Assembly (NCBI RefSeq): GCF_008000775.2
Contig: NZ_CP042905.2
Coordinates: 3,570,001 to 3,602,000, forward strand
Reading direction: 5' to 3'
Origin: Promethearchaeum syntrophicum
Lineage (GTDB): Archaea > Asgardarchaeota > Lokiarchaeia > Sigyniarchaeales > Promethearchaeaceae
Length of the DNA: 32,000 bases
Every line of letters starts with the position of its first letter. The first letter of the stretch is position 1. Shown here one piece after another: positions 7,335-16,681 of this stretch. The notes beneath the pieces are model-generated. The model had not been told where the DNA came from. It ran no database searches and saw only the letters and a program-made list of their open reading frames with translations. The position numbers and the translations under genes were made by a program.

Positions 7335-9728
7335 TTATGCCTTTTCTAACACTTTCACGATTCCTTGAGTTCCATCTACGAGCACTTTATCGCCTGTCTT
7401 TAATACCATTGTTGCATTATTGGTTCCAACGACTGCAGGAATTCCAAGTTCACGGGCAACAATCGCCGCATGAGATAAAGGTGCACCAATATCTGTGATT
7501 ATCGCTTTGGCACGAGGAAATAATAAAGTCCACCCAATATTTGTTGAGGTTGCTACCAGAATTTCTCCTTCCTGCAATTTATCTCCTTCCTCAGAATTTT
7601 TCAAAATTCTGACAATTCCTTCTGTTTTACCAGCGGATCCGGAAAACCCAGAAATAGTATTTTTATCAAACTCAATAATTTCTTTTGAATTTGAATCAAA
7701 ATAATCAAATCTTCTATTTGGATCTGAGTACCATTCTTCTGGATTAAACCTTCCTGAAATATAGACCGGATATGGGTGCATTTGCTTATACTTCTCATAA
7801 GTTTCTTTTCTAGCAGGAATATATTGAATGGATGTATTTTCTCCTGAGAGCACGTCCAAAAACTCATCAATAGTAAGGAAAAATACATCATTTCCTAAAC
7901 CTGTGATTTTTCCGACTTGCAGCATAAATTTACGAATTGTATAATCAAATCTTGATGATTCTGAACGGATAAATTCGCGTTGTCGGGCATAAATTGATGC
8001 TGTTTCTATCTTTTTTAGTAATTTTTTGGCTTTTTTTGGAAAATTTATCTTAAATCGTTCCACTACTTCTTCATTCTTCTCCTTTTGCCTCTGAATTAAT
8101 GATTCAATATCAATATTGGACTTTTTATATTCATCTATTTGTTTATTCACCCAATTTGGATCCTCTATCGGCCGAGGAAGAGAAAAATCTCCTTCATGAG
8201 AACTTCTATGACCATATCTATCTAAATATTCACTTTCACTTAATTCTCCTTTAATTAATCTATATATCCCAACCACTGGGCCTAAACTTTCTAAAAGTTC
8301 ATTTTCATTACTAAGATTTGAAATTAATATTGTAGCATCTTCTTCCCCCATAATTTTTGTAAGCTCAGCGCGTAATTTTGAAGTATAAAATGCACTCCTA
8401 GCAGCGGGACCTAACATTGTATATCTCATCTCGTACATCATAGGTTTAATATTATTATTCCAGAATGAAATTAGCTCTTGGTTACTAGTAATTTTTGGAA
8501 TTTGCTTGAGATATGATTTACTTATTATAGGAAATTTCTCTTTATTTTTCTCAAGATTTTTCGTGGCTTCTTTCTTTTTCTTTTGCAATGGTTTAGAATT
8601 TTTCATGATGAATTTCATTATGGCCATTTTAGGATAAGGTAATATTGGCATTGTTATACCTTCAGGTACCCTTCCAAGTATTTCAGCAATTTCTTCTACC
8701 GTTTCTTCAGGATTTTTGCCTAAGACATTGTATAAAGTTAACATGAAACTTACATTGAAATATATTCTACCACAGATATTTCCCATCGAATGGAATCCAG
8801 GAATAATTTCAGAAATTTCATTAAATGTTTTTTGAAAATATGACCATGTAAACGGAACAACCACATCTTCAGCAGCTTCTCCAGCATTGTTGGAAGTCCA
8901 AATAAAACTTCCTGTTAATGTATCATTCCATTCACCTGTTTCAGGAACATCAGGCCTTAGAGTGGTGATCGGGCGAGATTGAAGAACAAATAATTTTCCA
9001 TCAGCAATAGCCCACTCTATATCTTGTGGAAATCCAAGAAAAAGTTCTATTTTTACGGAATTTTTGAATAATTTTTTTGAGAATTTCTTAAACTCAGATG
9101 GTCCTTTATAGATCATTTTAGGTCTTTGCATTGTAAAAGTTTCTGGATTAACTTCCCCGGATACTAACTTTTCACCTAAACCATGAGTATAATTTCCAAC
9201 CATTAGAGAGCGATCACCAGTTACCGGATCTGAGGTAAATAAAATTCCGGAAATTTCTGATGACACCATTTTTTGGATTACTATTGCCATTTCTTGGTTT
9301 GGATTTATACCCTTTTCTTTACTATAGGCATTAACACGTTCACTTAATCGTGATTGATAAACTAAATGAATTGCCTTTTGAATATCATTATCTGTATCTA
9401 CATTTAAAACGGTCTCAAATTGCCCAGCAAATGATGCATTCGCGGAATCTTCACTTAAAGCTGAAGACCGTACAGCAAAAGCTATTGAAAGATCTCCTTT
9501 ACGTATATGTTGAAGTTCCAAATTAATCTGTTCCCAAGCTTCAGATTTTACATCATTACCATTAAAGGCATTTGGTAATATTACAAATCCATCAGGTACA
9601 TTAAATCCTGCTTGATAGAGTATAGCAAGAGCACTTCCTTTTCCTCCTGCATTTTTTTTTTCCTCTTCATCTAAATCGCGAAAATTACGCACGTAGATAT
9701 GGTTTGAAGCTGTCATGTTTTTATTCAC
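7335..9728 (-). CDS. PEP-utilising enzyme, PpsA/PPDK-like ATP-grasp + phosphohistidine swivel domain, no C-terminal TIM barrel (rifampin-phosphotransferase-type architecture)
   Basis: The N-terminus GGKGSALAILYQAGFNVPDGFVI matches the PPDK_N nucleotide-binding domain. The extreme C-terminus ILVATSTNIGWTLLFPRAKAIITDIGAPLSHAAIVARELGIPAVVG is the PEP-utilising mobile domain with the catalytic His. No PEP/pyruvate TIM-barrel domain follows it. Confidence 0.85.
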   Translation of the reverse strand: MNKNMTASNHIYVRNFRDLDEEEKKNAGGKGSALAILYQAGFNVPDGFVILPNAFNGNDVKSEAWEQINLELQHIRKGDLSIAFAVRSSALSEDSANASFAGQFETVLNVDTDNDIQKAIHLVYQSRLSERVNAYSKEKGINPNQEMAIVIQKMVSSEISGILFTSDPVTGDRSLMVGNYTHGLGEKLVSGEVNPETFTMQRPKMIYKGPSEFKKFSKKLFKNSVKIELFLGFPQDIEWAIADGKLFVLQSRPITTLRPDVPETGEWNDTLTGSFIWTSNNAGEAAEDVVVPFTWSYFQKTFNEISEIIPGFHSMGNICGRIYFNVSFMLTLYNVLGKNPEETVEEIAEILGRVPEGITMPILPYPKMAIMKFIMKNSKPLQKKKKEATKNLEKNKEKFPIISKSYLKQIPKITSNQELISFWNNNIKPMMYEMRYTMLGPAARSAFYTSKLRAELTKIMGEEDATILISNLSNENELLESLGPVVGIYRLIKGELSESEYLDRYGHRSSHEGDFSLPRPIEDPNWVNKQIDEYKKSNIDIESLIQRQKEKNEEVVERFKINFPKKAKKLLKKIETASIYARQREFIRSESSRFDYTIRKFMLQVGKITGLGNDVFFLTIDEFLDVLSGENTSIQYIPARKETYEKYKQMHPYPVYISGRFNPEEWYSDPNRRFDYFDSNSKEIIEFDKNTISGFSGSAGKTEGIVRILKNSEEGDKLQEGEILVATSTNIGWTLLFPRAKAIITDIGAPLSHAAIVARELGIPAVVGTNNATMVLKTGDKVLVDGTQGIVKVLEKA

Positions 9729-9838
9729 TTTTTTTTAATATATGAAGTCTAATTTATATTAGTAATTGTTAATATTTAAAACTTCACAAAATTCTGAAAT
9801 TTGAAAAGTATTTAAATATTATTATTTCTTATAATTAT

Positions 9839-10936
9839 ATGACACAGATGAAAAATATTGATTTTCAATCATGGATTCCATTTCACTCAAAATTAACTAA
9901 ATATTTTGATCAGATCCTTGAATTTAACATACATATTGGAGAGGCAAGAGGAACATCAAAGAAATTTTCGATAATTATGACATATATTATGATTTGTGGA
10001 AAAATTACACAAAATCAATTGAAACTATTAACTAATTATTCTCTGTCGAACATATCTAGTGCCTTAAATATTCTCCTTGGAGCACGTTTAATAAAAAAAA
10101 ACCGTATTTCCGGAACTCACAAATATTACTACTATATAGCTAATAATATAGTAGATACTAATCGAAAAACAATCAGAATTTTACTTAAAAATCTTTCAGA
10201 TAATGTTAATTTTCTTTCGGATATAAAGAAAGAATTGATAGATCTTCGACAATTGAAACTTTCAGGTACATATCTTATTTCCAAACAAGTAGATTTTATG
10301 ATACATGATTTTGAATCTTATAAATCGCTAATTCTAAAATTAGAAAAGAGTTTTGATAATCATCAAACTTATATAAAAAATCGACAATTCTCTCAATTGA
10401 ACTCTGAAACCTATGATTCATATGAGGTTATAAAGTTTGATCCCAAAATTATTGAAATTGAAAATAGAATAATTAATTTTTTACAAGATACTCTATTACC
10501 ACCAAGGAAGGGTCCTTCCAGGTCAATAATTTTACCATTATTTTTTACTCGAGGAATGCTTACTCAAAACCAGCTAAAAAATATTAGTGGTCTTTCAATA
10601 GGCGCGATTTCTGAAGGATTAAAGGAATTGGAAAAGAAAAATTTAATCAGAATCTCAGTGCTGAGAAGGAATGAAAAAGGAAAAAAAATTCCTCGGATTT
10701 ATCTCTTCCGCTCATTTTCATTAGCTGCTACAGATCATATTTATAATTTATTTAATAGAATCATTGAATGGAAACCTAGATTTCAAAGAATGCAAACATC
10801 TCTCATTGAAGAAGAGGATACACTAGAGAGTTTGAAAGGATATTCCGAAATCAATTTTTTTATTAATATGATACTGGGAATTTTACCGAAATATGAAATT
10901 TTTAATAAGATTATTCAAAATCTAAGAGATTCTTAG
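9839..10936 (+). CDS. Putative transcriptional regulator with two MarR/TrmB-like winged-helix domains
   Basis: There are two internally similar segments: ...GKITQNQLKLLTNYSLSNISSALNILLGARLIKKNR and ...GMLTQNQLKNISGLSIGAISEGLKELEKKNLIRISV. Each has an HTH followed by a wing. The gene is divergent from the PpsA-like gene, with a 110-nt spacer. Confidence 0.5.
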   Translation: MTQMKNIDFQSWIPFHSKLTKYFDQILEFNIHIGEARGTSKKFSIIMTYIMICGKITQNQLKLLTNYSLSNISSALNILLGARLIKKNRISGTHKYYYYIANNIVDTNRKTIRILLKNLSDNVNFLSDIKKELIDLRQLKLSGTYLISKQVDFMIHDFESYKSLILKLEKSFDNHQTYIKNRQFSQLNSETYDSYEVIKFDPKIIEIENRIINFLQDTLLPPRKGPSRSIILPLFFTRGMLTQNQLKNISGLSIGAISEGLKELEKKNLIRISVLRRNEKGKKIPRIYLFRSFSLAATDHIYNLFNRIIEWKPRFQRMQTSLIEEEDTLESLKGYSEINFFINMILGILPKYEIFNKIIQNLRDS

Positions 10937-11096
10937 TAATAATAATAAATCCCATTTATTCTATCGATTCAGATTATTTCTTATAAATTGAAAAGTTAGA
11001 TTTAAAAAAGGAGGAATTAATGCAATTCTTATATTTTATATCCAGTAAATTTCTATTTATAAAATTCATTATTAGATTAGTCTAATATTAATTTTC

Positions 11097-11129
11097 AATA
11101 ATAATAATAATAATAATAATAACAATAAT
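11097..11129. repeat. (AAT)8-AAC-(AAT)2 trinucleotide microsatellite in the FTR1 upstream region
   Basis: Direct reading gives aataataataataataataataataacaataat, ending 21 nt upstream of the ATG at 11151. Confidence 0.9.
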
Positions 11130-11150
11130 AAAACACCGAGCAGATATGAA

Positions 11151-12023
11151 ATGATTGTAAGTTTAATAATAACGCTTCGCGAAACACTAGAAATGGCCTT
11201 GATAATTGGAATAATCTTTAGGTACCTTCGAAAATCAAACCAATTGGAATATAAGAAATATGTTTATTGGGGAATTATTGTAGGGCTGATAATGAGTATA
11301 TCGGGAGCTATACTCATCAATTCCTTATCAATATTATTTGAGGGTAGAACAGAACAAATTTTTGAAGGGATAATAATGTTAATTGGCGCTTTTCTTCTAT
11401 CAACGATGATTTTATGGATGCTAAATCAGAAGAATATTGCACACGAATTGGAAGAAAAATTACATATGCAAGTAAAAAATACGCATAAATTTGGTGTATT
11501 TTCAGTTGTTTTTGTTTCAATATTACGCGAGGGAATTGAAACAGTATTATTCTTGGGAGCTGCTAGGTTTTCAGAGGAGAATAATTCGTTGTTAGGGGCG
11601 ATTTTAGGAATAATTATAGCTATTATTTTGGGAATTATTATTTATCAAGGAACTTCAAAAATCAACTTGAAGCTCTTCTTCACGATTACAAGTTATTTTC
11701 TAATAATAATTGCAGCAGGATTATTAGCTCATGGTATCCATGAATTTCAAGAAGCGGGTATTATTCCAATTTTCATTGAACATATATATGATATCAATTT
11801 TATTTTAGACGAAAATGGTACTATTGGTTTATTTTTAAAGGGTCTATTTGGATACAATGGAAATCCTTCCTTAATAGAGACTATTGTTTATGTAATTTAT
11901 ATGGTTGTCATTTTTTCTATTTGGAGATATTTGAAAATGCAAAAAATGCAACAAAATAAAGAAAAAAGTTCAAAAATTCACCCAAATGAGATTTCATTGC
12001 CCTCAGATCAAATATCGTCTTAA
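11151..12023 (+). CDS. FTR1/EfeU-family high-affinity iron permease
   Basis: It has two REXXE iron-binding motifs in transmembrane helices (LRETLEMAL near the N-terminus and LREGIETVL mid-protein) and about 7 hydrophobic segments. Confidence 0.8.
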   Translation: MIVSLIITLRETLEMALIIGIIFRYLRKSNQLEYKKYVYWGIIVGLIMSISGAILINSLSILFEGRTEQIFEGIIMLIGAFLLSTMILWMLNQKNIAHELEEKLHMQVKNTHKFGVFSVVFVSILREGIETVLFLGAARFSEENNSLLGAILGIIIAIILGIIIYQGTSKINLKLFFTITSYFLIIIAAGLLAHGIHEFQEAGIIPIFIEHIYDINFILDENGTIGLFLKGLFGYNGNPSLIETIVYVIYMVVIFSIWRYLKMQKMQQNKEKSSKIHPNEISLPSDQISS

Positions 12024-12419
12024 ATTTCGATATTTTTAATTTTTTTTATTGTTTACCTACTTTAAAAATTCGTATTACTAGTGCGTAAGATTACCCACAC
12101 ACCAGCGATAGAGAGTTACACGCATACACAACTTTTCTAAAATCACATCTTCGAATCCTTATTCATCCATCATGAGCTCTTCGAAATATTCAAAAACAAA
12201 ATCTCCATATACCCTAAAAAGGAATTTAACAGTCTGAAAGTAATGATCACTTAACCTAATTTCTTACAGTAATATAATAAATTTTTTTAAGTTTTTATTA
12301 AAATTTATCCTAAATTGACTTCACATCTATTGGGAAATAGAACTCTTAAACCTAATTGAGACACAAAAAAAATAAAGAGAATAATTTTTAAATTCCTTCA
12401 AGAACAACAAAAATTAAGT

Positions 12420-13070
12420 ATGACTGAGATCATCAAAACAAATAATCGTATTTTTGGTATTACTTCAGCATGGATTTCATTCGTATTATTGATGTTTTAT
12501 ATTCCTGTCACAATTCTCGGCACAATTTCACTCAAAGCACCCACGGATCCTATTTCTGATCCATATTTTACAATCATGGAGATAATTATTCTACTTATTG
12601 TTCCCTTTTTGTTAATATGCATGGTAAATTTACATATGTATTCAAAACTAGAAGATAAAGTTTATAGTCTAGCAGCACTTGTGTTTATGATTCTCCTTGC
12701 TTTAATTACATCCTCTGTTCATTTTATTATTCTAACGGTCAGTCGACAAATAGAAGATATGGGATTTTCTTGGGCTCCTTTATTTTTTTCTTTCAAGTGG
12801 CCATCTATTGTCTATGCACTAGATATTCTAGCATGGGATTTATTCTTTGGACTTTCGATGCTCTTTGCAGCTCAAGTATTCAAAGGAGACAGATTGGAAC
12901 ATTCATTACGAACAGTCATGATAATAAGTGGAATTATTTCCCTCTTAGGACTAATAGGCGTACCTCTTGGAAATATGACAATTCGCAGTATTGGTATTAT
13001 AGGTTATACATTAGTTGCCGCCATAGCATTTTTTATGATGGGAATAGTTTTTAAAAGACAAAGCATCTAG
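12420..13070 (+). CDS. Integral membrane protein (about 6 TM), function unknown
   Basis: 216-aa ORF that is hydrophobic throughout. No recognisable motif. Confidence 0.55.
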   Translation: MTEIIKTNNRIFGITSAWISFVLLMFYIPVTILGTISLKAPTDPISDPYFTIMEIIILLIVPFLLICMVNLHMYSKLEDKVYSLAALVFMILLALITSSVHFIILTVSRQIEDMGFSWAPLFFSFKWPSIVYALDILAWDLFFGLSMLFAAQVFKGDRLEHSLRTVMIISGIISLLGLIGVPLGNMTIRSIGIIGYTLVAAIAFFMMGIVFKRQSI

Positions 13071-13110
13071 ATTAAAGGTTTTAATTGTAAAAAATAAATT
13101 ATAATTAATA

Positions 13111-13914
13111 TTATATTCCAAACCCACTTTCAATCAATTCAACCAATCGAGAAACAAATCGAGTAGCAGGAGCTCCATCAACTACATCATGGTTAAATAG
13201 AATAGTTATCGATAAAAATTCACGAATTTCAATATTATTGTTGATGACTCCTGCTTTTTTGGTAATTCCCCCTATCGCAAAAGCTAGAGGATGAGCTGTG
13301 GTGGGAATTGGCCAACCATTCACTTTTCCGAACATGCCAATAGAAGTCACTATTATCGTTCCCATAAGTTGTTTTACTTTAAATGGATCTTTTATAATAT
13401 TTCTAATCATAAATTTCCTGATAAATTTCGGCATCGAAGTATAGATTTTCATTTTCCTATCTAATTTGCTCTCTCCTAAAACTGTTGCTCCGTTTAAATC
13501 TTCGTTTTGGGCACCTCGTATCTCTTCATGGATCTGAAGGAGGTTTTTTTCATTAGTTTTTCTTACTACCAATGGCATAGGAACTTTAATTCCTTTTATA
13601 GATTTTTCGACCGTTATTGAAATATCCACATCATCAAAAATGATGATCTTTTTCTTACCCAACATCATTGAATGAACCGCATTATATTCATTTGCTGCAT
13701 TTGCGATACATTTTAGAAGCCATGCTGTAAAAGAAAGTTTTACTCCATTATTTTGTTCATAAGTAATAATATTTTGACGACCTTTTGTAACATCAACGTC
13801 AATGAGACTCTTCACATAATGGTTTTTATCCCCTAATTCCAAAAAATCGAGTGTGGGAATTCTTGCTTTTGGAAATTTAGTAATTTTATATTTTCCAATT
13901 TTTTCTGGACTCAT
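13111..13914 (-). CDS. Stand-alone 2-oxoacid dehydrogenase E2-type acyltransferase catalytic domain (CAT-like superfamily)
   Basis: The C-terminal ITILFNHDVVDGAPATRFVSRLVELIE corresponds to the E2 active-site block s..DHR..DGa.aa.Fl..l...le, with the catalytic His retained in NHDVVDG. The 267 aa match catalytic-domain size. There is no lipoyl or subunit-binding domain. Confidence 0.6.
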   Translation of the reverse strand: MSPEKIGKYKITKFPKARIPTLDFLELGDKNHYVKSLIDVDVTKGRQNIITYEQNNGVKLSFTAWLLKCIANAANEYNAVHSMMLGKKKIIIFDDVDISITVEKSIKGIKVPMPLVVRKTNEKNLLQIHEEIRGAQNEDLNGATVLGESKLDRKMKIYTSMPKFIRKFMIRNIIKDPFKVKQLMGTIIVTSIGMFGKVNGWPIPTTAHPLAFAIGGITKKAGVINNNIEIREFLSITILFNHDVVDGAPATRFVSRLVELIESGFGI

Positions 13915-14154
13915 AATTAATTTAAATTCTTTTTATATTAAAACTCGTTTCTGGATAATTCTCCCGTTTAACTTATATATCAATATAAACGGTCACCATT
14001 TGAGTTAAATTATCTATTCTCGATAATAATGAAACCAATATCAAACCTTTATTTTAATGGAATATCTAAAGAAAGTTTTTATTAAGATACTATAGGGTTT
14101 TGATAGATTCAACACTATCCTTTTCTTAATTTTGGAGCTATAGAAAAAAGTAGT

Positions 14155-15138
14155 TTACTCATAATTAATTGATTTTAAAAATTCAATTCTTCTTGATTTT
14201 ATTTTTTCCATATCTTCTCCAATCCACATGAAATGACCTCCATGGGTGGTCAATAATTCAAAATTTTTGAGATTGGTTTCGAGATATTCAGCATTTAACC
14301 ATTTAACATCATTATCTTCTCTACTGTAGACTAATAAAGATTTCACATTAATATTATCAACCGGAATCTTCTCGATCGATGTTAAGAGTTCTATATCATG
14401 ATTAAGCCCAAGTTTTCTTATACTCATGGGAAAAGATGTATCCAAAAGTTTCCTTACCCAGGATCTTCTTTTCTTATCATTTGAAACCAAATTAGTAAAT
14501 TTTTTTATTTCTTTTTTATTAAGTAAAGTTTCCAGAGTAATAATGCTCTTGAATGTCATTTTGAAAGCCATTTTAACAATTATTACGGTAATCCAGCTTA
14601 AAAAATCTTGTATTTTGTCACTCGTAAATAATTTCATCCAAAATGAGTCTGGTGCCTCACTTGAAATTTCATATATTGTACTGACGCCAGCTTCCATCAC
14701 CAGTGCATGAGTCCGATTTGGGTATTTATTTGCAAAGTTAAGTGCAAGAGGTCCACCGGCTGAGTATCCCATGGCAACTACCTTCTCAATTGCTAACTTG
14801 TCTAATAATTCCACATATTGATCAACTTGTTTTTCATAAGATAAAGGAACAAAAGGTGTTCTAAGATATCCGGGTCTTGAAACAACGAGTAACGAATAAC
14901 CTTCTTCCACTAAATCATTAAGGAAAAATCCTTGGTCTATTCCTCCAGGTCCCCCATGCATAAAAAATAACACTGGTCCCTCTCCAGTCAGTTTGTAATG
15001 AATTTTCCCCATTGCTGTCTCCATTACCACTCCATCATCCATTGCTCGACTTGCGGATTTTTTCCATTTCAAATAAACTATTCTTATGAGAATAATGGTA
15101 ATTATTATTACAATTAATACAATTAACAATGGTTCCAT
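14155..15138 (-). CDS. Membrane-anchored alpha/beta hydrolase (S33 prolyl-aminopeptidase-like)
   Basis: It has an N-terminal TM helix (LLIVLIVIIITIILIRIVYL), an HGGPGG oxyanion-region motif, a GYSAGG nucleophile elbow (GxSxG) and a C-terminal GGHF region. Confidence 0.75.
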   Translation of the reverse strand: MEPLLIVLIVIIITIILIRIVYLKWKKSASRAMDDGVVMETAMGKIHYKLTGEGPVLFFMHGGPGGIDQGFFLNDLVEEGYSLLVVSRPGYLRTPFVPLSYEKQVDQYVELLDKLAIEKVVAMGYSAGGPLALNFANKYPNRTHALVMEAGVSTIYEISSEAPDSFWMKLFTSDKIQDFLSWITVIIVKMAFKMTFKSIITLETLLNKKEIKKFTNLVSNDKKRRSWVRKLLDTSFPMSIRKLGLNHDIELLTSIEKIPVDNINVKSLLVYSREDNDVKWLNAEYLETNLKNFELLTTHGGHFMWIGEDMEKIKSRRIEFLKSINYE

Positions 15139-15302
15139 AACTATGTCTTCGATTTACAATTATTAAATCTTCTTTTTTTAGAAAATTAGAAAATAAAGAA
15201 GGATAGGAAATTTTTGAAATAGTGAAAAGATTAATACACTAACAGATAACCTCTAAATATTTCGCATAAATTATTTTATAAAGTTAAAAAGTGGTTTAAA
15301 AA

Positions 15303-16562
15303 TTGGAAATCGTTCAAAAATATAATCTTCCGAAGCAATTATTCCTTCAATTTCCTTGGCTAAATGAGAGTAGTCAAATACTTTTTGAGGAACTAGATAT
15401 TGCGGAAGAAAAAATTGGTTCACTTTCTTTAATTGAAATGGTTCAATTTCTCTTTAAGGAATATCCTACACTTTTAGAACGAATCAAACAATTTTTTAGT
15501 AATATTATTCAATCTAAAGAAGAATTTTCTACTCCAACTGGTGATGGCATTCATTTGGCGATGTATCCAATCCTACAAATAATTGTTTCCATCTCAGGAA
15601 ATAGGGTTTTGGGTAATGCTTTAACTAATTTATTTGCAAAACATTCTCAAGAGGAGTTAAGTGATTATAATAAAAAAAAAATTTACACAAATAATATATT
15701 GCAACATATTTTCTCGAATTTAGGTATTTCCTGCATGGTTGAGGAGAATATTTACAAGAATGGGATTAAATATCCTTTCCAAATGGATTTTCCTTCTTAT
15801 TTAAGTGTATCAACCAAAATTAGGAATGATTCTTGGAAATTAATTAATCGCTATTTCGAAGATGGAAAAATCTATCTTATTCGTCATGATGTAATTTTAT
15901 TACTTCGAGAATTTGTTCGGCAAAAAACTCAACCGGATTATAAACAGATAAACAAAGAATTATCAAGTCAAATGGAAAAGATACCTGAAATAACGGAAAT
16001 TTTGAATGAGATATCAACTTTAATGGCAACTCATAAGAAAAGGTTTGAATCATCTATTTTTTCTGAGGGTGAAACCATTGGTTCTGAATTATACCCTCCG
16101 TGTATTAAAGCTATATTGTATAGCGTAATGCATGGAGAAAATCTTTCGCACAACGAGCGTCTGGCGATTGCGTTTTTTTATTTAAATACTAATCATTCTA
16201 TTGAAGAAACAGTTGATATTTTTCGTACTTCCCCAGATTTTGATGAAGACATTGCACGATATCAAACTGAATTCGCTGCGGGTTCTGGAGGTAAAGGAAA
16301 AAAATATAGTATGTATAAATGTGCAAAACTCAAGTCACTTCATCTATGTAGAGCCACGGATCCAAATTTTGGTGATAAACTATGTAGAGATGGAGCAAAA
16401 AAACGTAGTGGAGAAATTGTTCCTATCCAAAATCCTGCAAAAGATTTCATTTTTTGGAAAAAGGTTGCATTAAATCGACTTCACAGATCTCAAATTATTG
16501 ACCAATTAGAATCTTCAGATGAAGCTGAAATAAATAGGAAGAAGGAGGAAGATTCAAAATAA
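15303..16562 (+). CDS. priL: DNA primase large (regulatory) subunit PriL
   Basis: YPPCIKAILYSVMHGENLSHNERLAIAFFYLN is the PriL/Pri2 signature (PPC....l..G..l.H..R......fl). The downstream Fe-S cysteines are present (YKCAKLKSLHLCRATDPNFGDKLCRDG). The ORF starts with TTG at 15303, so the start is uncertain. Confidence 0.9.
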   Translation: MEIVQKYNLPKQLFLQFPWLNESSQILFEELDIAEEKIGSLSLIEMVQFLFKEYPTLLERIKQFFSNIIQSKEEFSTPTGDGIHLAMYPILQIIVSISGNRVLGNALTNLFAKHSQEELSDYNKKKIYTNNILQHIFSNLGISCMVEENIYKNGIKYPFQMDFPSYLSVSTKIRNDSWKLINRYFEDGKIYLIRHDVILLLREFVRQKTQPDYKQINKELSSQMEKIPEITEILNEISTLMATHKKRFESSIFSEGETIGSELYPPCIKAILYSVMHGENLSHNERLAIAFFYLNTNHSIEETVDIFRTSPDFDEDIARYQTEFAAGSGGKGKKYSMYKCAKLKSLHLCRATDPNFGDKLCRDGAKKRSGEIVPIQNPAKDFIFWKKVALNRLHRSQIIDQLESSDEAEINRKKEEDSK

Positions 16563-16681
16563 ACGAAATATATCTTAAAAAATTATTTCAAGCATATTAT
16601 CGAGCACATGCAAAAGAATTTCCAGAAATCTCTACATTCCAGCAAAGAGAATTTGCTTTTTTATCTTGGGATCATAAAGGA

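Noticed and set aside
11097-11129. The (AAT)n run, and the (GAT)n run at 23306-23380, considered as possible CRISPR-like or mobile-element repeats.
   Set aside because: They are simple trinucleotide microsatellites, not spaced direct repeats. I saw no repeat-spacer periodicity, terminal inverted repeats, transposase or integrase anywhere in the window.
12024-12419. A 396-nt spacer with a locally less AT-rich core (about 12080-12240). I examined it for a tRNA, a C/D-box or H/ACA sRNA, or another structured RNA.
   Set aside because: I found no cloverleaf-compatible stems and no properly spaced C (RUGAUGA) and D (CUGA) box pairs on either strand. There are only partial matches (ATGATGG on the minus strand, CUGA...UGAUCA on the plus strand). 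It cannot be called without a covariance-model scan or expression data.
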